A stretch of 64,000 bases of DNA from Acidimicrobiales bacterium (GCA_965116485.1 OZ220692.1:2459152-2523151), one strand, 5' to 3'; shown: positions 1 through 9,720, counted from the stretch's first letter. Made by a program: numbers and translations. Notes: generated by a model from the letters alone, not told the origin.

Positions 1-236
1 CGTAAGATCGGGCCGACTAGAAAAGCAAACTCCATGGAGACGGACTTGGAGGATTGGATCCGTCAGAGCGACTGATCCCACGAAGCGGAAAGGCTCTCGC
101 GTCTTGGTCGTTGCCCACCAAGCATCAACCGAAAAACCAAAATTATCGGATCTCTGAGACCATCGGTTCGTCTTCGCTCATGAATTGATGGTGCATTCAA
201 GGAGGTCTTCAGAATCCACCGGGAGGAGCACGGGCT

Positions 237-1888
237 GTGCCAAACTGCAACCAAATGTCGCTGATTCACCACCACGAAGCTGGAGGGACGCTTACAGACG
301 TCCGGTCAGAGCAGGAACTGGCGGGGTTGGCGTGGGCTATCGCTCAGACCGGGTCCATCGCAAAGCTAACGGACCCCGAAGCCGCGGTCGTCGAGACGGC
401 GCCAGATATGCCACACCATGATCTTGACGGCATCATCGCCTCAATTCGCGACGGGCACGACCCGTTGGGGGACGCACTCGTGCGACTCAGGTCACCGAGC
501 CAACGGCGCCCGATGGGAGCCGTATACACACCACCGGAGATCGTGGACGCGATGGTGCGATGGATCGCTGCGAAGGAGCAGTCTGCTCGAGTGGTAGACC
601 CGGGTGCTGGATCGGGACGGTTCGTCATGGAGGCTGGGAGGCGACTGCCGGATGCGTCGCTCGTGGCAGTCGAACTCGATCCTTTGGCAGCATTGCTCTG
701 CCGCGCCAATCTCACCGCAACAGGATTCGACGACCGCGCCCGGCTAATCGTCGATGACTACCGTAACGTGACGCTCGACAAGTGCTCCGGGACGACGGCG
801 TTCGTAGGCAATCCGCCATATGTGCGTCACCATCAGATCGATTCAGCCTGGAAAAACTGGCTTACCTCCACTGCCTCAGCAAACGGACTGCCCGTGAGTG
901 CCCTTGCAGGACTGCATATTCATTTTTGGCCACTCTGTTGTTGGCCAATCCAGGAGACATCGGAGCGTTCATCACGTCGGCAGAGTGGATGGACGTCAAC
1001 TATGGGCGACTGCTGCGTGAGATGTTGACCAACGGACTGGGTGGCGAATCGATCCAGGTTGTTGCCCCAGAGGCTATGCCCTTCGAGAACACGGCCGTCA
1101 CCGCGGCGGTCACCTGCTTTCGTGTTGGTTCTACAGCTTCCTCGCTCAAACTGCGCCGAGTCGACAAGGTTGAGGAGCTTGCAGATCTAACGGTCGGGCG
1201 CAAGGTGGGCAAGCAGCAGTTGAAACAGGAAAAGCGGTGGTCACAACTACTGACTCCGGTCCAACCTATGCCAGAGGGCTATATCGAACTGGGAGAACTC
1301 TGCCGTGTGCATCGGGGATCTGTCACCGGTGCCAATGCCATCTGGATCACTAGAGCCGACGATCCAGCCTTGCCTGAACGGACGTTGTTCCCATCAATCA
1401 CCAAGGCCCGGGAACTGTTCGACACTGCCGATGGTGTGCTGTTGAATCTATGCGATCTTCGTGCCGTTATCGACCTGCCTGAGGACTTGAACGAGCTAGG
1501 TGACGAAGACCGAGATCTTGTCGAGCGCTTCTTGCGGCTTGCAAGAACCAACGGCGCCCACTCATCGTATGTCGCGCGTCATCGCAATCCTTGGTGGTCG
1601 GTCGGTCTCCGATCGCCCGCGCCGATCTTGGCCACCTACATGGCGCGACGACCGCCGGCGTTTGTTCGCAACCCCCTCGGTGCCCGATGCGTCAACGTCG
1701 CCCACGGGATCTACCCGAGGCAACCCTTGACCGACGCAGTCTTGGATGCCCTAACCACATCACTGAGAACCAGCGTTTCGATCACTCAAGGGCGCACATA
1801 CGCGGGTGGGTTGACGAAGTTCGAACCTTCGGAGATGGAACGCATTCCGGTCCCAAGTCTTGCCCTTCTCGAAGAGATAGCGGCGTGA
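237..1888 (+). pseudogene. N6-adenine DNA methyltransferase (Eco57I/TaqI-like), split by a frameshift
   Basis: ORF 237-1028 carries the SAM motif VVDPGAGSGRF and catalytic GNPPYV. Its natural continuation (LATLLLANPGDIGAFITSAEW... plus the C-terminal part) is in the frame of ORF 782-1888. The frames meet at the T5 run 923-927 (cat ttt tgg versus ttt ttg gcc). Confidence 0.75.
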
Positions 1889-2039
1889 GCTTGGTCAGCC
1901 CACCCCGCTGAAACGCGAAGCGCCGTCAAAAGGCTGAACAACGACGCTGCCGCAAAGGCGTCCGCTTGGATTGAGGAACTCGGTAGCAGGGCCACTGTCC
2001 GAGGGCCACACGACGGGCGCTTCGGGACAGGATCCTTGC

Positions 2040-3287
2040 TCAGCTGGTGCAGCCGAAGCCGTCTCCGTCTCGGTCCAGGCGGTAGGGATCAACACCGATC
2101 GTGCGCACCTGAACGGGTTTCTGGGCACTCGACAGGTCGCCGCAGTTCAGAGCGTCGCCCGGCAAGTTGGGCAAACACGGGATGTAGGCGGGATGGCACA
2201 GATCTTCCGCTGCCGCGAGCGTCGTTGTAGTCGTCGGCGCTGGAACTGTCGTCGCCGCGGCCAGGACCGGCGATGCCTGAACAGGCGCACTGCCCAGTTC
2301 CGAGTCCCCGCATTGCGAAAGCACAGAACGCAAAGCCTGCAACTCGGCTGTGTCGACCGAAAGCTCCCAACGGGTCTTCACCGCGATCCACGCCTCGGCA
2401 TACCAGCACCGCGCCGATACCAGCGGCGGCAGCCAATCAGCGGGGTCGTCGGCGCCCTTCTGACGATTCGACGAACTCGACACGGCCACCAACGAGTGCT
2501 CATAACCCAGGTCGTTCGCGTAACGACGACGAGTGTCGCTGTCCCAGTTGTAGGCGCCCGAATCCCAAGCCTCGGCCAACGGCACAAGATGATCCACATC
2601 GAAGCCGGAGCCGGAGCCCGACTCGGTGATGCCGTCATAGACGCTGTACCACTCACCGCCCGACAGCGAACAGGAAGATCCGACACGCGGAGCTATCACA
2701 GCTTCGGCGATCAGCACCTCACGGCGCGCGTCGCAACGGTCGCCGTCTGCGTCGACCCAATGGTCGAAGAGATCGCGGTCATAACCCGAACGCCGCTCGG
2801 GTTGGACTTCCAGCGCTTCGAGTCGACCCTGCAACACCGCGACCGCCGATTCCGGACGGTCAGCGACCTGAAGGTTCTCAGACACCGAACTGTCGCTGTC
2901 GCCTTCTGTTTCCTCGACCGAACCCAGCGATGGGTCGACAACCTCGGGCAGCTCAGCGACAACCGTCGTGGTCGTCACCGGATCAACCGGTGGGTCGACA
3001 ACCTCGGGCAGCTCAGCGACAACCGTCGTGGTCGTCACCGGACCAACCGGCTGGGGTTCCGCCGGAGTCGCAGACTCAACCGGTTCCAGATCACCGCCGT
3101 CTTGCTCAAGCTGGTCGTCACCGCTCGAAGGGGGCTGACTCGTCTCGACAGCCTGAGTGCTTTGTGTCGCTACAGCGCTTGAGGTCGTTGGTGAAGTCGT
3201 TTCTTCGGCTGCCGCGCAACCGGTGGCAAGCAGAACGGCAAGGGCTGCCAGGACGTGGCGGGGATCCACGGCATCAAGTATACTCAA
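2040..3287 (-). CDS. Secreted/lipoprotein nuclease-like protein: DUF1524-type His-Me finger domain plus C-terminal Excalibur Ca-binding domain
   Basis: N-terminal signal with lipobox LLATGC. FDVDHLVPLAEAW and SSSSNRQKGADDPADWLPP match the DUF1524/GmrSD C-terminal motif as I recall it. C-terminal NCGDL...DRDGDGFGC is Excalibur-like (DxDxDGxxC). Confidence 0.65.
   Translation of the reverse strand: MSILDAVDPRHVLAALAVLLATGCAAAEETTSPTTSSAVATQSTQAVETSQPPSSGDDQLEQDGGDLEPVESATPAEPQPVGPVTTTTVVAELPEVVDPPVDPVTTTTVVAELPEVVDPSLGSVEETEGDSDSSVSENLQVADRPESAVAVLQGRLEALEVQPERRSGYDRDLFDHWVDADGDRCDARREVLIAEAVIAPRVGSSCSLSGGEWYSVYDGITESGSGSGFDVDHLVPLAEAWDSGAYNWDSDTRRRYANDLGYEHSLVAVSSSSNRQKGADDPADWLPPLVSARCWYAEAWIAVKTRWELSVDTAELQALRSVLSQCGDSELGSAPVQASPVLAAATTVPAPTTTTTLAAAEDLCHPAYIPCLPNLPGDALNCGDLSSAQKPVQVRTIGVDPYRLDRDGDGFGCTS
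2931..3050. repeat. 2 x 60-bp tandem direct repeat inside the nuclease-like lipoprotein gene
   Basis: tgggtcgacaacctcgggcagctcagcgacaaccgtcgtggtcgtcaccgga(t/c)caaccgg occurs twice back to back (2931-2990, 2991-3050) with one mismatch. It encodes VTTTTVVAELPEVVDP twice. Confidence 0.9.
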
Positions 3288-3554
3288 CGCCGAGGCTTCG
3301 ACGAGGAATCAACGACCGTGGCGAAGCGCTGCGATCCCCGATCAGCGGTCAGTGCTCCACGCGCTCCGCATACTCGACCACACCGACGAGTGCATCGTCG
3401 GACGTCTCGGCTAGCGCCGAGATCTGCACCTGCCTCGATGGTCTTTGGTGAGCACGCAACGAGCTCGCGCTACAGGCATGAGTTTCCCGCTCGGAACGGG
3501 CCGGTCCACTGGGTTCGCGGCCGGCTTCCGCGGGATCGAGCGATGCGGAGGCCC

Positions 3555-4817
3555 CTATCGCCCAGTTCGAGGGACGTCTCGGAAAGGCCGACCACGGTCC
3601 TCGGTGCGTTCGCGGGGCATGCCCAGCAGGCGTTCGCTGATGATGTTGCGCTGCATTTCGGTGCTGCCGCCGCCCAGACAGTGAGCTTGGCGCAACAGGT
3701 AGTCGTTGCCGTATTCGCTTGTCGGATCGTCCGTTCGCCAGCCGACCGACAAAGATCCCGCCAGTTCCATGCCGATGGTGGCCCGTCTCGCACCGAGCAA
3801 CCCGACCGACATTCGCAGCAACGCCCCAGCGGTGGCCGGATAATACCCAGTCTGTATTCCCGCAGAAACCCTTGCCGACACCTGACGATGGACCGTTCTC
3901 AACGTGTGGGCCTCGCCGAGCAGATCCAGATTGTGCGCATCGGTCGGGTCCAACTTCCGGGCCAAGTCGACCAGATTGTCTTCGGCGACATCAACTCGGG
4001 CCCCTCCCCCGTCATGCGCGAACCAAGAACCCCCGCCCGACTCCCGCTCATGGTTCAACATGCCCGACGCCACTGCCCAACCGCCGTTCACCTCACCGAT
4101 GACGCTGTCGCCGTCGAGGCAAACGTCGGTGAAGAACTCTTGACAGAAATCACGGACGCCGTTGGACTGTTTGATCCAGTCGACATCAACTCCGGGCTGA
4201 TCGATCTTCATCAAGAACATGGTCAGTCCACCATGTTTGGGGGCGTCCCAATCAGTGCGGGCCAAGCACATCGCATAATCGCAGAAGACCGCGAATGTGC
4301 TCCAAGTCTTTGCTCCGTTGAGCACCCACATGTCGCCGTCGCGCTCGGCTCGAGTGACCGCGCCGGCAAGGTCTGAACCGCCGGTCGGCTCGGAAAGGAA
4401 CTGCACCCACAGTTCATCGCCACGCAAGATGCCCTCGACATGGCGCCGCTTCTGGTCCTCAGTACCGAACTCGAGCAGGGTGGGAGCGATGATCGACAGG
4501 GTCGGAATGTTGAAGAAGGTCGGCATCTCATAACCGACGGTCTCTTCATTGAACGCATATTGATGAGCGGGCGTGAGGCCCTGCCCCCCGTACTCCTTCG
4601 GAAAAACCAGACCGGCGAAGCCGCCGTCGAACAGGCGACGCTGCAGCACGCGGGCCCGGTCGACCACCCGCTGGTCAAGCTCCGACGACGACACCTGGGG
4701 CGCATCCGCGCTGAGAAGCGGCATATTGCCCGCCAACCAGGCACGGGCTCGCAGCCTGAAGGACTCGACGTCGGTAGACTCCGGCGAGTCGGGATGCGGA
4801 TGCTCGTTCACAGTCAT
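3555..4817 (-). CDS. Acyl-CoA dehydrogenase family protein
   Basis: 420-aa ORF with SEPTGGSDLAG and C-terminal GGGSTEMQRNIISERLLGMP, typical ACAD motifs. 4-bp overlap with the next ACAD gene. Confidence 0.85.
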   Translation of the reverse strand: MTVNEHPHPDSPESTDVESFRLRARAWLAGNMPLLSADAPQVSSSELDQRVVDRARVLQRRLFDGGFAGLVFPKEYGGQGLTPAHQYAFNEETVGYEMPTFFNIPTLSIIAPTLLEFGTEDQKRRHVEGILRGDELWVQFLSEPTGGSDLAGAVTRAERDGDMWVLNGAKTWSTFAVFCDYAMCLARTDWDAPKHGGLTMFLMKIDQPGVDVDWIKQSNGVRDFCQEFFTDVCLDGDSVIGEVNGGWAVASGMLNHERESGGGSWFAHDGGGARVDVAEDNLVDLARKLDPTDAHNLDLLGEAHTLRTVHRQVSARVSAGIQTGYYPATAGALLRMSVGLLGARRATIGMELAGSLSVGWRTDDPTSEYGNDYLLRQAHCLGGGSTEMQRNIISERLLGMPRERTEDRGRPFRDVPRTGR

Positions 4818-5947
4818 GACGCTTCGCCGCCCTCAGCCAACAGTACCGAAGCCAAGGCGATGCGATGTTCACGGGGAGTCCCGTAGAGATTGCGATTCAC
4901 TGTCGCCCGACGCAGGTAGAGGTGCAGATCGTGCTCCCAGGTCACGCCCATGCCTCCGTGAACTTGAACACAGTCCTGGATCAATTCGAGCGCCCGGTCG
5001 CCGGCATAGGACTTCGCAACACGGGCCAGATGACCAGCATCAGCAGCTTTGTTCGCAACTGCGACCGCCGCAGCTTGGGTGACCGCCTGGATCGACTCGG
5101 ACCAGAGCTTCATATCGGCGAAACGATGCTTGAGCGCTTGATAGGAAGCCAAGGGCCTCCCGAACGTATAGCGATCAAAGGCCCAATCGATGGTGAACTC
5201 CAAGACACGTTCGGCGATTCCGGCGGTCTCCGCACACTGCAGCACCAGCGCGAGCTGGATCTGCGATTCGATGGCATCGGCGGCTTGGTTGAGGGCGCCA
5301 AGCAGCTGATGCGGGCCGAGCCTCACCTCGTCAAGACTGACTTCAGCGAAGCGTCGCACCAAGTCCAAGCCTTCGAGAGCCGTTATCGCCAGGCCCGGAG
5401 TGCCTGCCGGAATCAAGAACTGGCTCGACTCCTCCGGCCCGTCACAACTCACCAACAACCACTGCGCCTGCGCCGCAGCTTCCACGACAAGACACGTTCC
5501 AGAAAGCACAAACCCGCCATCGCTGGAATCCGCTTGGATCGTGGACCCCGAGCCGAATGCCGGCGGGCACCAGGTCGCCACAACCTCGCCCTTGCCGAGA
5601 CCATCGAGAACCGCGAGGCGCTGCTCGTCTGAACCGGCCGCCGCGACCGCCGAAGCCACGACGTTGCACGGCAGAAAAGGACCCGGCGCCACCAAGCGGC
5701 CCAGCTGCTCCGCGATGGTCGCGAGCTCAACCACTCCGACGCAACTGCCGGCCGAGCCGCCGAATTCGTCGGGAACCAGCAACGAGGTCCAGCCGAGCTG
5801 CGCGCCCCGGTGCCACCAGTCCGCAGAAAAACCGTCCGGATCGTCCGCCAACTCCCGCACAACCGACAGATCGCAGGTGTCAGCCAGAAAGCGCGCAGTG
5901 GTCTCACGCAGCAACTCGACATCATCTGTCGGTGCAAGGTTCAACAC
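4814..5947 (-). CDS. Acyl-CoA dehydrogenase family protein (partner subunit candidate)
   Basis: 377-aa ORF with YTFGRPLASYQALKHRFADM and VQVHGGMGVTWEHDLHLYLRRA. Translationally coupled to 3555-4817. Confidence 0.8.
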   Translation of the reverse strand: MLNLAPTDDVELLRETTARFLADTCDLSVVRELADDPDGFSADWWHRGAQLGWTSLLVPDEFGGSAGSCVGVVELATIAEQLGRLVAPGPFLPCNVVASAVAAAGSDEQRLAVLDGLGKGEVVATWCPPAFGSGSTIQADSSDGGFVLSGTCLVVEAAAQAQWLLVSCDGPEESSQFLIPAGTPGLAITALEGLDLVRRFAEVSLDEVRLGPHQLLGALNQAADAIESQIQLALVLQCAETAGIAERVLEFTIDWAFDRYTFGRPLASYQALKHRFADMKLWSESIQAVTQAAAVAVANKAADAGHLARVAKSYAGDRALELIQDCVQVHGGMGVTWEHDLHLYLRRATVNRNLYGTPREHRIALASVLLAEGGEAS

Positions 5948-6093
5948 ACTTTCAGTCTCGCACGAGAACCAGAAGCGAAAGCCGAATCACCGAAACAATC
6001 TCCCAGGCCGACCTGCCTACGAACCGGCGGAATCGCAGCGAACGCCCATACACAGGTAGGTTTGTCGCGAACCGGCCCACTCGGGGAGAACCA

Positions 6094-7320
6094 ATGTCGA
6101 CAGACACAGTCGCTGAAGATGAACTAGCCCAGTTTGCCGAGCGTTGCCGGGCATTCCTCGACGAACACGCCGTCGGAATCCACTCCGACGGCACGCCCGA
6201 CCCCCGAGGGGTCAAGCGGCTCGCCGCCAACAAAGAGTTCCAGCAGGCATTGGCCGAAGCAGGCCTCGCCGGCATCGTCTACCCGACCGAGTACGGAGGA
6301 GCCGGGCTCACCCGCGCACACGACCGGGTCTGGCGCGACATATACGCTCAGTACCCGAACATGAGCTTCGAGTTCACGATCTCCCACGGCATGTGCCTGC
6401 CGATGCTGGCCGAGTACGGCACTCACGAACAAAAGACCAGGTTCTTGGCCGACAACATCAGCGGGCGCACCGTGTGGTGCCAGATGTTCTCAGAACCGGG
6501 GGCAGGATCCGACGTGGCCAGCCTTCAAACAAGGGCCGAACGCGATGGCGACACATGGATCATCAACGGCCAGAAAGTATGGACGACCCTCGCCCATGTC
6601 AGCGACTACGGCGTGATCATCGCCCGCACCGATCCGAACGTTCCCAAACACGCCGGCATCTCCATGTTCATCGTGCCGATGGACGCGGCCGGAGTGGAGG
6701 TTCGCCCGATCAACCAGATCGACGGCGGCACCCACTTCAACGAGGTGTTCTTCACCGATGTTGAGATCCCCGCGGACAACCTCCTCGGCGATCTCAACAA
6801 CGGCTGGAACATGGCCACCGCCATGCTGATGTACGAACGCGTCGCCATCGGCACCGGCGCCACTGGAGGCGTCCGCCACGATCGCGCCGACCTGCTCATC
6901 GACGAAGCCACTGAACGCGGGATCATCGACCACCCGGTGCTGCGCCAGAAACTCATGCGGATCTACACCATGGAAACCTGCCAGTCACTCGTCTCGATGC
7001 GCACCCGCGCCGAGATGAAAGCCGGCAAAACCCCTGGACCCGGCGGTTCCATCAGCAAACTCGCCACCACCATCATCATGAACGAGGTACGCGACGTCTC
7101 GATGGAGATCGTCGGCGCCGGCGGTGTCGCCTGGGAGGATGAATCCGACGGTCGCTGGCAACGCGGGGCCCTGACCAGCCTGCAAGGCGGGATCGCCGGC
7201 GGCACCAACGAGATCCAGCGCAACATCATCGGCGACCGGGTGTTGGGCCTGCCTCGCGACATAAGCGTCGACAAGGGCGTCGCGTTCAAGGACCTCAAGG
7301 TCGGGACGCAGGGAGGTTAG
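6094..7320 (+). CDS. Acyl-CoA dehydrogenase family protein
   Basis: In ORF 5557-7320 the ACAD similarity starts at MSTDTVAEDELAQFAERCRAF (ATG 6094). Motifs FSEPGAGSDVASL and GGTNEIQRNIIGDRVLGLP. The upstream Pro/Arg-rich part is antisense to 4814-5947. Confidence 0.85.
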   Translation: MSTDTVAEDELAQFAERCRAFLDEHAVGIHSDGTPDPRGVKRLAANKEFQQALAEAGLAGIVYPTEYGGAGLTRAHDRVWRDIYAQYPNMSFEFTISHGMCLPMLAEYGTHEQKTRFLADNISGRTVWCQMFSEPGAGSDVASLQTRAERDGDTWIINGQKVWTTLAHVSDYGVIIARTDPNVPKHAGISMFIVPMDAAGVEVRPINQIDGGTHFNEVFFTDVEIPADNLLGDLNNGWNMATAMLMYERVAIGTGATGGVRHDRADLLIDEATERGIIDHPVLRQKLMRIYTMETCQSLVSMRTRAEMKAGKTPGPGGSISKLATTIIMNEVRDVSMEIVGAGGVAWEDESDGRWQRGALTSLQGGIAGGTNEIQRNIIGDRVLGLPRDISVDKGVAFKDLKVGTQGG

Positions 7321-7884
7321 CGGGTTCTTACCCGATTCTGGAGGATCCCGCCCAACCGACCGCGGACACCCCACAACACCCAACCAGCCACCACAACCAC
7401 ACCGCCACGGTGGATTCAGGCTTAGAGGCCCCGCGAATAGGCAGAGGATTTCCGAGTGCGAACGGCTTGATTTGCGGGGCCGTGGCCCGAGCGGCCCGGT
7501 GAGCGAAGCGAGCCAAGAGCGGGAAACAACGGGCTGCAACTCGAGGGCTTGCCTATTTGCGCGCGCTCTTATTCTCGGTCTGGTGTCGTAGGCGTGTGTT
7601 ATTGTCGTCTTTGAGATCGACTCAACCGTCGAGGAGTTTGCATGTGGCCAAGACAATCGAAACTTAGGTAGGCGAGCCAACTGGACATAGGTTGCTTGCC
7701 TCAGATGTCGCTCCTGCAGCGTGACGCAGGGCGCCGAGACTCAGTGAGCAACCCTCACAGAAAACCCGAGTACGCGTCGGGGGTCGAAGCGCAGTACAGA
7801 GCCGGATGGTGCATGGAGAGCGTGAGACAGACACGCGAAGGTCTCTCCGAAGAGTCAGCCAGCCGGAAGATATAGCCACAAATC

Positions 7885-7956
7885 GCGGTTGTAGTTCAAC
7901 TGGTAGAACGTCTGCTTGCCTAGCAGAGGGTTCGGGTTCAAGTCCCGGCAACCGCT
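7885..7956 (+). tRNA. tRNA-Gly(GCC)
   Basis: 72-nt hand-folded cloverleaf: acceptor gcggttg/caaccgc, D gttc/gaac, anticodon loop ttGCCta (unusual U37), T-arm tcggg-ttcaagt-cccgg, discriminator U. No encoded CCA. Confidence 0.85.
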
Positions 7957-8210
7957 CAACGGTCTCGACTTCAGACAGGATGAGGCTTGGATCGAGCCGA
8001 CGGTGAGGTTTCTGACGGACCACGGCATCTATCACAAGGTCGAAGTTCAGCAGGTCGCCCAGTGGGAAGCCGAGCACGCCGAGATACATCGGATCAAAGA
8101 CGAACAGGAGACCGAGGAACGCTCTAGGCGCGGCCATCCGGTCCCACACCGCGTGAAGCTCGGCAACGGACGTGAGGGCATCCGCTGGTCGTGACCGCTC
8201 GCAGCACCTA

Positions 8211-8282
8211 TCGGGGATGGTGTAATTGGCAACACATCGGGTTTTGGTCCCGAAATTGAAGGTTCAAGTCCTTCTCTCCGAT
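8211..8282 (+). tRNA. tRNA-Gln(TTG)
   Basis: 72 nt: acceptor tcgggga/tctccga (U1-A72 as in bacterial tRNA-Gln), loop ttTTGgt, T-arm gaagg-ttcaagt-ccttc. CCA encoded at 8283-8285. Confidence 0.9.
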
Positions 8283-8287
8283 CCAAT

Positions 8288-8360
8288 CCGCCTGTAGCTC
8301 AACGGATAGAGCACCTGACTTCGGATCAGGTGGTTGGAGGTTCGACTCCTCTCAGGCGGT
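8288..8360 (+). tRNA. tRNA-Arg(TCG)
   Basis: 73 nt: acceptor ccgcctg/caggcgg, D gctc/gagc, loop ctTCGga, T-arm ggagg-ttcgact-cctct. No CCA. Confidence 0.85.
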
Positions 8361-8371
8361 CGAAGAAACCC

Positions 8372-8458
8372 GGAAGCGTGGCAGAGTCTGGCTTATTGCG
8401 TCGGTCTTGAAAACCGGAGGGCTTCACGGTCCCGTGGGTTCAAATCCCACCGCTTCCT
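8372..8458 (+). tRNA. tRNA-Ser(TGA)
   Basis: 87-nt class II tRNA: acceptor ggaagcg/cgcttcc, loop ctTGAaa, long variable arm gggcttcacggtccc, T-arm gtggg-ttcaaat-cccac. Confidence 0.9.
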
Positions 8459-8629
8459 CGCTGAGTTGTGTGGCGATCTCAAATCGTCGTCTGCGTGCAG
8501 CGCTGCGCCGTTCGACGATGGGCTTGGCTCCCAATAGGAGTCTGTCCGAGGAGGACCACACACCGTCTTTGGGATTGATCCCCCGAAGGCGGCTCCCGAG
8601 TATCGACGGCTCGGGGGCTCAAAGTCTCT

Positions 8630-8702
8630 GGGGATGTAGTTCAATTGGAAGAACGCCGGTCTCCAAAACCGGAAGTTGCAGGTTCGAGTCCTGTCAGCCC
8701 CG
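8630..8702 (+). tRNA. tRNA-Trp(CCA)
   Basis: 73 nt: acceptor ggggatg/cagcccc (A5xG68 mismatch), loop ctCCAaa, T-arm gcagg-ttcgagt-cctgt. CCA encoded. Confidence 0.85.
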
Positions 8703-8706
8703 CCAA

Positions 8707-8779
8707 ACGCATGTAGCTCAGTGGATAGAGCATCTGGTTGCGGACCAGAAGGCCGGAGGTTCGACTCCTCTCATGCGTG
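8707..8779 (+). tRNA. tRNA-Arg(GCG)
   Basis: 73 nt: perfect acceptor acgcatg/catgcgt, loop ttGCGga, T-arm ggagg-ttcgact-cctct. No CCA. The anticodon has G34 rather than the usual bacterial A34. Confidence 0.85.
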
Positions 8780-8967
8780 CCGTTCCTGTGTTGACTGTGG
8801 CGTGCAGATCGACACAGACCCCCTAATAGGCTCTCAGGGGGTTGGCCTTGCGTGGAATCGAGACACCGCGCAAGGCGTGACTCGATGGCGTGTCCGCCAA
8901 CACGTCAACGAAGACCGAAGTCTCCGGTCAGAAGCCGCTCGGTATGAGGCCGTCGAGCGGCTCACTA

Positions 8968-9040
8968 TGGCGCGTAGCTCAGTTGGAAGAGCGTCTCGTT
9001 TACACCGAGAGGGCCGCGGGTTCGACCCCTGCCGCGCCAA
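8968..9040 (+). tRNA. tRNA-Val(TAC)
   Basis: 73 nt: acceptor tggcgcg/cgcgcca, loop ttTACac, T-arm gcggg-ttcgacc-cctgc. CCA encoded at 9041-9043. Confidence 0.9.
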
Positions 9041-9200
9041 CCAAAGCGACCACAGTCGCTTCACATTGCTAGCCGCTGGTGTCGGCCAGCGTGGTTCCCG
9101 GACCGCCCGACAGGGGGCACCGACCGAAGACAGAGTTCGATTCTCGGGTCCGGCCTATCCGACTTCTCCTCGCTTCTTCCGTACGGGGAGAAGTCGGCTC

Positions 9201-9273
9201 GGGGGTGTAGCTCAGTAGGTAGAGCGTCTGCTTTGCAAGCAGAAAGTCACGGGTTCGATTCCCGTCTCCTCCA
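9201..9273 (+). tRNA. tRNA-Ala(TGC)
   Basis: 73 nt: acceptor gggggtg/ctcctcc with the G3-U70 Ala identity pair and a U6xU67 mismatch, loop ttTGCaa, T-arm acggg-ttcgatt-cccgt. CCA encoded. Confidence 0.9.
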
Positions 9274-9280
9274 CCATCTC

Positions 9281-9352
9281 GCCCGAGTAGCTCAATTGGC
9301 AGAGCACCTGTCTTGTAAACAGGCGGTAGGAGTTCGACTCTCCTCTTGGGCT
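9281..9352 (+). tRNA. tRNA-Thr(TGT)
   Basis: 72 nt: acceptor gcccgag/cttgggc, loop ctTGTaa, T-arm aggag-ttcgact-ctcct. CCA encoded. Confidence 0.9.
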
Positions 9353-9566
9353 CCAAACCTGAAGGTCCGATTTGTCCGCTTCGGGTCTGATTTGCCGTGA
9401 CTAGTCCTGATCGTAAGATCAGCGGCAGACGCGGAGCACCCCAAGAAGGCTGGGTCCGGGGATCAAGCGGGGACGATGCTCTCGTTTGCGCTCGCCGATC
9501 CCCCGCCCGAGACTAAGCCGGAAGCGAGGTTGGATTCCTCGGGTTTCTGCGGGCCGCTTCGTGCTA

Positions 9567-9640
9567 CGGGTTGTGGCGCAGGCTGGCAGCGCGCCTCGTT
9601 CGGGACGACGAGGTCGACGGTTCAAATCCGTCCAACTCGA
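9567..9640 (+). tRNA. tRNA-Pro(CGG)
   Basis: 74 nt: acceptor cgggttg/caactcg (C1-G72 typical of tRNA-Pro), loop ttCGGga, one CxC mismatch in the anticodon stem, variable aggtc, T-arm gacgg-ttcaaat-ccgtc. No CCA. Confidence 0.8.
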
Positions 9641-9646
9641 CGTCTA

Positions 9647-9720
<74 letters not shown>

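Noticed and set aside
1-75. Possible 3' end of an upstream plus-strand gene (...RKIGPTRKANSMETDLEDWIRQSD stop at 73-75)
   Set aside because: Only 24 codons are visible and no family can be assigned.
5557-6093. Long N-terminal extension of ORF 5557-7320 (Pro/Arg-rich, 179 aa)
   Set aside because: It is antisense to the acyl-CoA dehydrogenase gene 4814-5947 and has low-complexity composition typical of high-GC shadow frames. ACAD similarity begins only at ATG 6094.
7321-7884. Promoter for the first tRNA block in the 560-bp non-coding region (for example ttgcct-N15-tattct near 7550)
   Set aside because: The spacing and hexamers are weak, and several equally poor candidates exist. A call is not supportable without TSS data.
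9044-9566. Two extra tRNA genes, including a possible tRNA-Sec, in the long spacers
   Set aside because: T-arm-like motifs exist at 9133-9145 and 9525-9541, but I could not build acceptor, D or anticodon arms around them, and there is no TCA anticodon loop in a proper stem. They are reported only as remnants.
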